This document shows, piece by piece, positions 6,149 through 14,099 of a DNA stretch of 32,000 bases. The DNA is from Candidatus Altimarinota bacterium. Lineage in GTDB: Bacteria; Patescibacteriota; Gracilibacteria; UBA1369. Location: NCBI GenBank assembly GCA_041659405.1, contig JBAZYK010000007.1, forward strand, positions 1-32,000. Direction: 5' to 3'. The notes under the pieces were generated by a model. It had not been told where the DNA came from and ran no database searches. It saw only the letters and a program-made list of their open reading frames with translations. The translations under genes and the position numbers were made by a program. The stretch's first letter is position 1, and each line of letters begins with the position of its first letter.

Positions 6149-8161
6149 ATGGAAACAAATCCAAGAAAAATAATTCATGATGGACAACAAACTAATGAGG
6201 CATTAGATGTGCTTGAAGTCGAAATTGGAAATCGACAGTCGCTTCATGCTATCGCCGAGAGGGCGGGCAGGATTTTGGAATATGCAGTTGACCCAGTCGC
6301 TGGTTCGACAGAACCAAGCTACGGACTCCTTTATGGCTTGATTCAAAGTGGGAAAACGAGTGTGATTACTGTGACGGCAGCAATGGCTGCTGATAATGGT
6401 TTTAAGTGCATTATTATACTCACTTCGGATATCAATCTTTTATATGGTCAAACACTTCAACGCATTCGTAGTCAGCTTCGCGGACTAACAGTCCTTGGTA
6501 AGTCCGATTGGGATGACCATTCTCGGTTTGAGCGGCAATTAAGAATGTCACCATTCGCAATTGTTTGTTCCAAAAACTCAAGTCATCTTAAAAATCTTAT
6601 CGATGCTTTCAAGAAAGTTGGTTCTAGTGGGGCTCGTGGTTTAGCTACTTTGATTATTGATGATGAAGCTGATCAGGCCAGTTTGAATACTAACACGCAG
6701 AAAAATGCAAAAAAGAGAACTGAGGAAATTAGTGCTATTAACAAGTACATCACCGAACTTAGACAATTTTTTCAGATTAACACGTATCTGCAAGTGACTG
6801 CGACACCCCAAGCACTGTTTTTGCAGAGACCAGATGGTTTGTACCGTCCATCTTTTACAGTATTAAGTGAGCCGGGTGCAGGTTATGTAGGAGGAGAAGC
6901 ATTCTTCGAATCTGAATCAAAACTTTTACGATACACTAATCTGGATGAGGTTGATGAACTGAAGTCTGGCTATCAGCCAAATCCAACACACAAAATCCCT
7001 GTTGGATTGAGAGATTCCGTTTTGAGTTTTCTAGTTGCTGCGACTGCAAGAAATATAAATTATCCGAGCGAAAATTTTTCGTTTCTTTGTCATATCAGTC
7101 ACACTAAAATCGATCATAAGCATGTAGTTAGTCTAATTGATTCATTTAGGGAAGACACTATAAACGCGTTTAGAGATAAGAAATCATCTGCTTTTGAGAA
7201 GTTAAAGAAAGATCTGTTTATGGCTTATGAGGATATTTCTAAAACTGAGCCCGTGATGCCTGAATTTGAAAAAATTCTCGAACGAATTGAGTTCTTGTTG
7301 CGAGGTGCAAGCATAAAAGAAATTAATTCGAATTCGGATGAGGCGGTGAAGCCAGATCATGTGTATAGTATTTTTGTCGGTGGCAACAAACTTGGAAGAG
7401 GCGTGACTATTCCTAATTTGATTACCAGTTATTACGGAAGAAATCCGAAACGACCTAATTCTGACACTGTACTTCAGCACGCTCGTATGTATGGTTATAG
7501 AGAAAAGCATGTTGGGGTTACTCGCTTGTTTCTTCCGGAAAAATTGGCCGAACATTTTCGTATAATTCATCAGATGGAAAAAGCTCTGCGAGAATTGGTG
7601 AGTAAATACCCGGAAGGGAAATTTGAAGGTATTTATTTGTCATCCCCGATGAAGGCAACTCGATCTAACGTTTTGGATCCGAATTCTATTGGCGTTTATA
7701 TTGCTGGCGGATGGGTGAATCCAAGATATCCACTCAGAACCAAAGAGATTTTGCCAGTAACTGAATGGCTCGATGAGAAGTTTGTCGCTTATGATAACGC
7801 AAATGAATATTTCGAGACTGACATTGACTCAATCATAGAGATAATACAAAAATGCAAACATGACCCTGATGAAGGGGCTGAGTTGTGGAATCCTAAGACT
7901 TTGGGGGCGGCACTCGAGAAAATAAAAACTCTAAAAGGTTCTAGGGCATATATACGGGTTCGACGTGGTAACGATCTTAATGCGCCTCGTCGCGAAACTC
8001 AAGGGTTTTACTCTGGTGGTGAAGATAAACTGGTACCCGAAGATGCTGTAACTCTTTTCATGTATCGGTTGAAAGAAAGTCATCGAGGTGAGCCTGTATG
8101 GTTACCCCAACTTCGCTTTCCTGAAGGTAATTATGCGATCGCTTTTAGTTTTGAAGATTAA
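6149..8161 (+). CDS. Z1-domain protein with an N-terminal P-loop/DEAD-like NTPase
   Basis: 670-aa ORF. Walker A GLIQSGKTS, Walker B-like LIIDDEADQAS and a TATPQA motif. The C-terminal segment GGNKLGRGVTIPNL...DTVLQHARMYGYR matches the Z1 family signature (GG.KLSRG.T.EGL...DTL.Q..RWFGYR) as I remember it. Confidence 0.75.
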   Translation: METNPRKIIHDGQQTNEALDVLEVEIGNRQSLHAIAERAGRILEYAVDPVAGSTEPSYGLLYGLIQSGKTSVITVTAAMAADNGFKCIIILTSDINLLYGQTLQRIRSQLRGLTVLGKSDWDDHSRFERQLRMSPFAIVCSKNSSHLKNLIDAFKKVGSSGARGLATLIIDDEADQASLNTNTQKNAKKRTEEISAINKYITELRQFFQINTYLQVTATPQALFLQRPDGLYRPSFTVLSEPGAGYVGGEAFFESESKLLRYTNLDEVDELKSGYQPNPTHKIPVGLRDSVLSFLVAATARNINYPSENFSFLCHISHTKIDHKHVVSLIDSFREDTINAFRDKKSSAFEKLKKDLFMAYEDISKTEPVMPEFEKILERIEFLLRGASIKEINSNSDEAVKPDHVYSIFVGGNKLGRGVTIPNLITSYYGRNPKRPNSDTVLQHARMYGYREKHVGVTRLFLPEKLAEHFRIIHQMEKALRELVSKYPEGKFEGIYLSSPMKATRSNVLDPNSIGVYIAGGWVNPRYPLRTKEILPVTEWLDEKFVAYDNANEYFETDIDSIIEIIQKCKHDPDEGAELWNPKTLGAALEKIKTLKGSRAYIRVRRGNDLNAPRRETQGFYSGGEDKLVPEDAVTLFMYRLKESHRGEPVWLPQLRFPEGNYAIAFSFED

Positions 8162-8163
8162 TT

Positions 8164-9210
8164 ATGAAAATTGAAAACAAAAAACTTACTGCAATAGATC
8201 TATTCTCCGGTTGTGGAGGATTAACTCTAGGTTTAAAACAAGCTGGTTTTAATGTGATTGGTGCCGTTGAAATAGATTCTCTTGCTGTAGAAACTTATCG
8301 GGTCAATCATTCTAAAGTAAATATATGGCACAAAGATATCAGAAAATTAACTGGTACAGAAATACTTGAAAAGCTCAAATTAAAAAAAGGCGAACTTGAT
8401 TTATTGGCTGGATGCCCACCATGCCAAGGATTCTCTTCAATGAGAACTCGTAATGGTAAAGAAGTGAAAGACGCAAGAAACGATCTTATTTTTGATTATT
8501 TAAGATTAGTGAAAGAACTGCTTCCAAAAACAGTCATGATGGAAAATGTTCCTGCTTTGGCTGAAAATCGAAGAATGAAAAGGTTTAAAAAAGAACTGGA
8601 GGATTTGGGATATGAATCAAATGGCACTCCACTTGTTCTTAATACTGCTCATTATGGTGTGCCTCAACGTCGACGAAGAATGATATTAGTCTCTAGTCGT
8701 GTCGGAAAGATTAATTTACCAGAAGGAACTGCTGAAAAAGTTACAGTAAGCGATGCGATTGGTGGTATGCCTCGTCCTGGTGAAACAGGAGATCCTTTGC
8801 ATGATATAAAAGAAAAGAGAACTCCTAAGGTTTTAGAAATGATAAAGCTGATTCCTAAGGATGGAGGAAGTAGAAGTGATCTTCCCAAACGTTTGCATTT
8901 GGAGTGTCATAAAAAATTCCCTGGGGGCTTTAAAGATGTTTATGGAAGAATGGCGTGGAAGAATGTTTCTCCTACCATAACTGGTGGCTGCATAAGTCCT
9001 TCGAAAGGACGTTTTCTCCATCCTTCACAGAATCGTGCAATTACTCTTCGTGAAGCTGCGCTTTTACAAACTTTCCCAAAAGATTATTATTTTTCTCTTA
9101 AAAAAGGTAGGCAGGGTGTTGCTTTGATGATAGGGAATGCTTTACCTCCAGAGTTTATTAAACAACATGCCATTGCTATAAAAAAATCTCTTTTGAAATT
9201 ATATTCATGA
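8164..9210 (+). CDS. dcm: DNA (cytosine-5)-methyltransferase
   Basis: 348-aa ORF with motif I DLFSGCGG, motif IV GCPPCQGFS, motif VI ENVPAL, motif VIII QRRRR, motif IX REAALLQTFP and motif X GNALPP. It starts 2 nt after the Z1 stop. Confidence 0.92.
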   Translation: MKIENKKLTAIDLFSGCGGLTLGLKQAGFNVIGAVEIDSLAVETYRVNHSKVNIWHKDIRKLTGTEILEKLKLKKGELDLLAGCPPCQGFSSMRTRNGKEVKDARNDLIFDYLRLVKELLPKTVMMENVPALAENRRMKRFKKELEDLGYESNGTPLVLNTAHYGVPQRRRRMILVSSRVGKINLPEGTAEKVTVSDAIGGMPRPGETGDPLHDIKEKRTPKVLEMIKLIPKDGGSRSDLPKRLHLECHKKFPGGFKDVYGRMAWKNVSPTITGGCISPSKGRFLHPSQNRAITLREAALLQTFPKDYYFSLKKGRQGVALMIGNALPPEFIKQHAIAIKKSLLKLYS

Positions 9211-10223
9211 TTGATAGATCGGTAATCATTGGAAATCTTACTTGGAATGCTGCAGGGTGGACTAATGCCTATGTAAATCCCAAGGCAGGGCATGTTTATG
9301 CAAGAAGTCATGCAGGGCATGAATCATTGAATTTTAAGTTTGATAAAAAAAATCTTGATGAAGAGGATTCTGTTTATGGCTTCTTACAGTGGACAAATCC
9401 GCCAAAGGACTTTGGTAATGGGGGTATTGTAGTCTTTTCGAGCAAGAATTCGGTAAACAACAAGAATTTGATTGTTGGAATATATTGTGACGTGAAAATA
9501 TTATTACCGCCTGTTGAAACTCTTTACGAAGGCTTTGAGGATGGTGTTTTAGCTTCCAATCTCCGAGCAAAAAGGGCTCTTTCTATGCGTTTTCCGCAAG
9601 AACTGGATTTGGAAAAATATTTGGGTGGGAAAAAGCGGGTGGGCCAAATTGGGTTTCTTCTTTCAGATGTCGATGTGGCAAAACAGGTAATAGTTGATGA
9701 GATTCAAACTCTTTCTATCTCTGGACTCAAATCGAATGATGCGAAAAAACTTGGTGATATTTATAAATTTATTACTGGTGAGGAATATAATTTTGAAAAT
9801 TTTAAAAACCGTGATGAACAGGAACAAAAAGAAATCGAAGAGAAAATAAAAACTGATTCTGAGGCTGATGATGCCAGGTATTTTGCTAATCTTTCACCTG
9901 TTGAGCCTGAAATGATTGAGTTGAAAGGGAAGATGTATAAAAGAGATAATGTAACTATTTCTCGCCTCAAAAGAGCCAGAGGTTATAAATGTCAGATATG
10001 TGGTTACTTTGTTTTAAAAAGGAATGGTGATCGTTATATTGAAGCGGCTCATATCAAGGCAAAGTCACAGAAAGGAAATGAGATGCCAGACAATATTATT
10101 ATTTTGTGCCCGAATCATCATAAAGAGTTTGATTATGGTGAATTAAAGATTAACGAGCAGACGAAGGATAGTATTTTGTTTCGTCTTAATTCAAAAGAAT
10201 ATTCTATTAACTTAATGGTGTAA
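9207..10223 (+). CDS. HNH endonuclease with a ~250-aa uncharacterised N-terminal domain
   Basis: 338-aa ORF. Its ATG overlaps the dcm stop (ATGA). C-terminal CQICGY...EAAHIKAKSQKGNEMPDNIIILCPNHHKEFD is an HNH (beta-beta-alpha-Me) motif. The N-terminal part (...GFLQWTN...GGIVVFSS...LIVGIYCDVKIL) matches no family I recognise. Confidence 0.8.
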   Translation: MIDRSVIIGNLTWNAAGWTNAYVNPKAGHVYARSHAGHESLNFKFDKKNLDEEDSVYGFLQWTNPPKDFGNGGIVVFSSKNSVNNKNLIVGIYCDVKILLPPVETLYEGFEDGVLASNLRAKRALSMRFPQELDLEKYLGGKKRVGQIGFLLSDVDVAKQVIVDEIQTLSISGLKSNDAKKLGDIYKFITGEEYNFENFKNRDEQEQKEIEEKIKTDSEADDARYFANLSPVEPEMIELKGKMYKRDNVTISRLKRARGYKCQICGYFVLKRNGDRYIEAAHIKAKSQKGNEMPDNIIILCPNHHKEFDYGELKINEQTKDSILFRLNSKEYSINLMV

Positions 10224-10268
10224 ATGGGTGTTAGATCCTACCCCCCAGCCAAAATTTCCCCCTTCCCC

Positions 10269-10649
10269 ATGAACCAATCCAAACTTTCTATCATTATCAA
10301 CAAATCTTTGGCGGAGGTTTTTGAGTTTGTTATCAATCCAAACAATACGCCTTTGTGGTTTGATTCCATTGTTAAAGAGGTTGCTGATTTGCCGATTGCG
10401 ATGGGGACAAAATATGTGAATTTTAATGCGGCCGGGCAAAAAGGGGAGTATCTTGTTTCGAAATTTGAACCTGATGCGATTTTTCAGCTCGACTCGGTCG
10501 ATTCCGGTTATAAGGTCCGCTATACCCTGAAAGCAATTTCCAAAAATGAAACCGAGCTGGAATATTTGGAGTGGGTCGATTTTGGTGACCTGGAAGCCCC
10601 TTGCGCGATAAATGTTCTTCAGGGATTGAAGAATGTTTTGGAGGGGTAG
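10269..10649 (+). CDS. SRPBCC (START/polyketide-cyclase-like) family protein
   Basis: From the internal ATG: MNQSKLSIIINKSLAEVFEFVINPNNTPLWFDSI..., typical of the N-terminal strand-helix of SRPBCC proteins. The track start at 10224 adds a Pro-rich tail encoded by a C-tract. Confidence 0.55.
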   Translation: MNQSKLSIIINKSLAEVFEFVINPNNTPLWFDSIVKEVADLPIAMGTKYVNFNAAGQKGEYLVSKFEPDAIFQLDSVDSGYKVRYTLKAISKNETELEYLEWVDFGDLEAPCAINVLQGLKNVLEG

Positions 10650-10729
10650 GGGGGCGTAAGGGCCTAATTGAAATTTGCTATTTAAGTTTATAACCGGAGA
10701 AGTCTATAATTCGGGTAAATAATAATTTC

Positions 10730-11458
10730 ATGATGATTAAAGCTCCAGAAAAGTTTACCGAATTTGATTTTTTTATGGATGAGGACGTTCGAGCACGCCG
10801 CATTGGTATTTTGTGCGTGGAAAAACGTCTTACTCCGGCATTAACGCAGGCGTTGTTCCGTGTAAGAGAAAACGCTCAATCGTTTCATGCAAAAAGGATT
10901 CAATCAGATGTCAGTAAAACCGAGGAACAAAGAGCTATAGAACTGGGGTCGGTATCGAAACAAATACGTGAAGTAAAATGGTCCAGTATAAATCTGATGC
11001 GATCTTTCATTGCGCAGGAATTCATTGAACAGTATTTCCATTATTGGAATAAAGGGCCTCTGCCGATCATGTTTTTCAATTTTCCTTTTATTGATGATCA
11101 TTTAAGCTCAATAAACAATTTTTTTGAAAAATTGGGTAGTTTAAATATTGATGCCCTGAAAGATTTGCATTGTTCCGAATCGGTCTTTTTTCTGGACTAT
11201 TTTAGCACTGCAACCGGCTATAAATTTGAAGAAAAAGTCAGAGATAGCAATAATTTATCAAGATGCTATAGGATTGACAGTAGAGCGCACGATTTGATGC
11301 AGCTTACCGATTTACTTCTAGGTATAACCACTTACATCAAGACCGGTAAGCACACTGGAAGTAGGGCAAAGTTGAGTCTCGTTAATAAGTTCAATTATTT
11401 CCAAAAGAGCTATAACAACAAAAAAACGCATTCTTTGCAGAGCGTTTATCAACTATAA
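10730..11458 (+). CDS. DUF3800-like hypothetical protein
   Basis: 242-aa ORF. N-terminal FFMDED and C-terminal IDSRAHDLMQLTDLLLG resemble the DUF3800 acidic N-motif and the DS..s..LQ.AD.L.g C-motif. A TATAAT lies at 10705-10710 upstream. Confidence 0.5.
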   Translation: MMIKAPEKFTEFDFFMDEDVRARRIGILCVEKRLTPALTQALFRVRENAQSFHAKRIQSDVSKTEEQRAIELGSVSKQIREVKWSSINLMRSFIAQEFIEQYFHYWNKGPLPIMFFNFPFIDDHLSSINNFFEKLGSLNIDALKDLHCSESVFFLDYFSTATGYKFEEKVRDSNNLSRCYRIDSRAHDLMQLTDLLLGITTYIKTGKHTGSRAKLSLVNKFNYFQKSYNNKKTHSLQSVYQL

Positions 11459-11559
11459 TTCTTTTTAAGTGTAGTGGTTTGAAAGCCTCATTTATTGGGA
11501 GGGTCTCCCCACTACTGTCACTATATTACGCCACTTTTGTCAATTAGTCAAAAAAAATC

Positions 11560-11802
11560 TTATTTACCCCGAAGCTCATTTACTGCATTTAGGAAGCTTT
11601 CATCTTGATATCCTCTTGAAAGAATTGTGGCCCAACCTAAGGCAAGAACCATCGCGCGATTTATCTTTTTAAAATTGGGAGAGGCTTGCTCTAACTCTTT
11701 TTCGACAAATTTAATTCGGTTAAGGCATTGAAGCCCCAAAAGATAACCATGTAATGCATTGATCTCTGGTGGAATATCTGCTCCTTGACTCTCATTTATA
11801 AA
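11560..11802 (-). CDS. Unannotated 80-codon open frame without a canonical start (possible continuation of the 11792-12319 gene)
   Basis: Stop-to-stop frame read by hand: FINESQGADIPPEINALHGYLLGLQCLNRIKFVEKELEQASPNFKKINRAMVLALGWATILSRGYQDESFLNAVNELRGK*, with TAA at 11560-11562. It opens right after a TAG at 11803-11805 and overlaps the TGA of the upstream ORF in the +1 frame. The first ATG/GTG/TTG leaves fewer than 60 codons, so it is absent from the track. Confidence 0.4.
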   Translation of the reverse strand, partial: FINESQGADIPPEINALHGYLLGLQCLNRIKFVEKELEQASPNFKKINRAMVLALGWATILSRGYQDESFLNAVNELRGK

Positions 11803-12319
11803 CTAAGTCCCGAGAAGGTAGAGCTTTACGACTTGGAGAATCTTTAAGCGAAGTCGCAGGTTCCTCCCCAAGCTCTTCAATAAAAATGACCAATGGTTCC
11901 TCCTCTAAATAATCACCTTTTACAGTTCTTTTTTTACCTGAAGTGTTTATATAAACAAAGCGATTTCCGGCGCTTTCCGGATCATTATCAACACAATCTT
12001 CAATTTGCCACAGTTGTTCTTGCGTAATTACAAGAGCTTTGGCGTTAGGAAACGATTCCAAGAGCGCTTTTTTTGTGAGAGGAATATCGCCCCTTACAAA
12101 CATGAAAATATCAGTCAAGTCTGAATCATCCTCCACGACCTCACGAGCTTCTCTTAGTTGTGCGAGTTTTTCAGCTTTTGATACAACCATTGATACACCT
12201 TCTGTAATTGCCTGAATTGGATCATCGGTTGGTGCGAGCGCTTCAACTATTTCAGGCTGGGCGGAAGGCAGGGTGGGGGTTGAAGGTAATGTGGGCTCTT
12301 TGTCTTTTTGGTCAGTCAT
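11792..12319 (-). CDS. Hypothetical acidic protein
   Basis: 175-aa ORF with a Pro/Thr-rich N-terminus and an acidic C-terminal half. I recognise no motif. Confidence 0.6.
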   Translation of the reverse strand: MTDQKDKEPTLPSTPTLPSAQPEIVEALAPTDDPIQAITEGVSMVVSKAEKLAQLREAREVVEDDSDLTDIFMFVRGDIPLTKKALLESFPNAKALVITQEQLWQIEDCVDNDPESAGNRFVYINTSGKKRTVKGDYLEEEPLVIFIEELGEEPATSLKDSPSRKALPSRDLVYK

Positions 12320-12400
12320 AATGCAAATATATGATTATCCTTAATATTAGCATAAATTAGCCGTAAAAACAAAGTTCCATTTTGGATCATTTTGCAAATC

Positions 12401-12409
12401 TGCTACAAT
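12401..12409 (+). promoter_or_regulatory. Extended -10 promoter element TGCTACAAT
   Basis: Same TGCTAYAAT element as in the three leader blocks, but without the downstream motif. It sits 34 nt upstream of the ATG at 12443. Confidence 0.4.
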
Positions 12410-12442
12410 ATCTCCCGAAATAAACATTATTTAATTTTCCAC

Positions 12443-12691
12443 ATGAATATCCCGCTTTTTTCGATTGGATTATTGTTGATTGTTGTTTCCTGGATAGTTC
12501 AGATCGGTTATATGCTGGTTCGTGATACCAAGATCACCTGGGGTTTTTCTTTAATACAAACCATAGGTATTGTGCTTTTGGTTGTGGATATGGTTATGAA
12601 CTCGGCTCCGCGTGATCTGAATTTTTATTTGGAAATTGGAACCGGATTGGGCGCTCTTCTGACTTTGATTGTCAGCCAGGTAAAAAAATAA
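12443..12691 (+). CDS. Small three-helix membrane protein (paralogue 1)
   Basis: From the internal ATG: MNIPLFSIGLLLIVVSWIVQ...GIVLLVVDMVM.... The track's TTG start at 12392 overlaps the promoter. Confidence 0.6.
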   Translation: MNIPLFSIGLLLIVVSWIVQIGYMLVRDTKITWGFSLIQTIGIVLLVVDMVMNSAPRDLNFYLEIGTGLGALLTLIVSQVKK

Positions 12692-12720
12692 ACTTTTAAA
12701 TAATCTTTAATAACATCAAT

Positions 12721-12963
12721 ATGCTTACTTTTATCGGTCTTGGTGTAATTATTCTGGCGTGGATGTTTCAGTTTGTGAAAATTGCATTTGGAAATAAAAA
12801 TATTCAGCCGACTTTTGTTGGGATTTACGTGGTTGGGGTTTTATTGTTGGTTGTGGACGGTTTTATGTCGGGGCTGAATGAAATTGCGTCTTTCAACCTG
12901 GCCTCGCTCGTAGTCGCACTTTTGACGTTTATGCTCATCCTTAAAAAGGAGACTAAGGTTTAA
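12721..12963 (+). CDS. Small three-helix membrane protein (paralogue 2)
   Basis: 80-aa ORF MLTFIGLGVIILAWMFQ...GVLLLVVDGFM.... It aligns with the preceding gene (SW/AW..Q, G.(V/L)LLVVD..M). Confidence 0.6.
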   Translation: MLTFIGLGVIILAWMFQFVKIAFGNKNIQPTFVGIYVVGVLLLVVDGFMSGLNEIASFNLASLVVALLTFMLILKKETKV

Positions 12964-12985
12964 TTAGCGCATCGTTCCCATAAGT

Positions 12986-13003
12986 TCCATCGAATTCGAT
13001 GGA
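12986..13003. repeat. Perfect 18-nt palindrome TCCATCGAATTCGATGGA (copy 1, intergenic)
   Basis: Read directly. The identical 18-mer recurs at 14304-14321 inside the KilA-N gene. Confidence 0.9.
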
Positions 13004-13004
13004 G

Positions 13005-13070
13005 TTTAAGTAGAATTTAGATTTTGTTAATGGTGATGTGAAATTATAGAAATGTTTATTCTATAATTTC
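13005..13070 (+). repeat. Duplicated upstream block, copy 1 (precedes the DinD-like gene)
   Basis: TTTAAGTAGAATTTAGATTTTGTTAAT is identical over 27 nt to 14026-14052. The next ~39 nt match at about two-thirds identity. The block starts 72 nt before the ATG at 13077. Confidence 0.85.
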
Positions 13071-13076
13071 ATTTTT

Positions 13077-13502
13077 ATGGTTAACAATATTTTTGAAAAG
13101 ATCAGGCATATTAATGAGCATGGTCAGGAATTTTGGAGTGCCAGGGAACTGATGCCTGCTTTGGGATATACCGAATGGAGAAAATTTGAGGGTGTAATTG
13201 CGAAAGCTAAAGAAGCGTGCAAATCCAGTCAACAAGCACCATCCGACCATATTGGCGGCGCCGCCAAAATGGTTTTAGTAGGTTCTGAAGCCGAAAGAAA
13301 GGTCGATGATTATTTTTTATCGCGTTACGCCTGCTATTTAATCGCTCAAAATGGTGATCCAAGAAAAGAAGAAATCGCATTTGCTCAAACTTATTTTGCG
13401 ATTCAAACTAGAAAACAGGAATTGCATGAAGATTTGTTGGAAGATCATAAACGGGTTTCTTTGCGCGGAGAGATGACTGTTCAGAATATCCACTTTATGT
13501 GA
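13077..13502 (+). pseudogene. dinD: Truncated DinD-like (DNA-damage-inducible protein D family) gene, N-terminal half only
   Basis: The 141-aa ORF aligns by eye with the first ~140 residues of E. coli DinD (...WSARELM..LGY..., KAKEAC, LSRYACYLIAQNGDP, AQTYFAIQTRKQEL, KRVSLR). The family is ~270 aa. I found no convincing continuation in any frame of 13503-13700. Confidence 0.6.
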
Positions 13503-13724
13503 CTACGTCGCCATTGACGGGCGTTGATTAGTTGATATGATGGGGCTGCGTTTATTTTTTCTATGATTTACACAGAAGCTCAGAATTGGTCACGTGGTCT
13601 TTTACTCCTCGCGCTTAAAAATAGAAGCTGGGGATAACTTTGTGCATAAATAATTTTGATTCGTTGCATTCATAAGTCCCTGAGTTTCGGGGATTTTTTT
13701 TATTTAATTTTTAAACTTAATTTT

Positions 13725-14030
13725 ATGACTATCGAAACAACTCCAAATAATATTAAAAATGGCGAAACTAAGACATCGTCAGCCAAAAATGTAGAGCAAG
13801 TAGCGGTTGAGGCAATTGAAAATATAGCCTCAATATCTCGTGTGGCGATTGATGCAATTCGCAAAATTACGGAATTGACCAGCACGCCGGAAGTACCTAT
13901 TTCTGGTGTGAGTGAAGCGAGCTCATCTATTCAGCATGGCGCGACGGAAAAACCGCGATGGTTTTGTGTGACGGCACGAGGAATCGCGATTAGATACCAA
14001 GGAGAGATCCAGGAAATTCGTGAAATTTAA
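13725..14030 (+). CDS. Hypothetical protein
   Basis: From the internal ATG: MTIETTPNNIKNGETK.... The track start at 13656 lies within a T-rich terminator-like region. I recognise no motif. Confidence 0.45.
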   Translation: MTIETTPNNIKNGETKTSSAKNVEQVAVEAIENIASISRVAIDAIRKITELTSTPEVPISGVSEASSSIQHGATEKPRWFCVTARGIAIRYQGEIQEIREI

Positions 14031-14091
14031 GTAGAATTTAGATTTTGTTAATCACGATCTGAAATTATGGAGATACTTATCTCTTAATTTT
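14026..14091 (+). repeat. Duplicated upstream block, copy 2 (precedes the KilA-N gene)
   Basis: Same 27-nt core as 13005-13031 plus a related ~39-nt tail. It starts 74 nt before the ATG at 14100 and overlaps the stop codon of the 13725-14030 ORF. Confidence 0.85.
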
Positions 14092-14099
14092 TTAATTGC

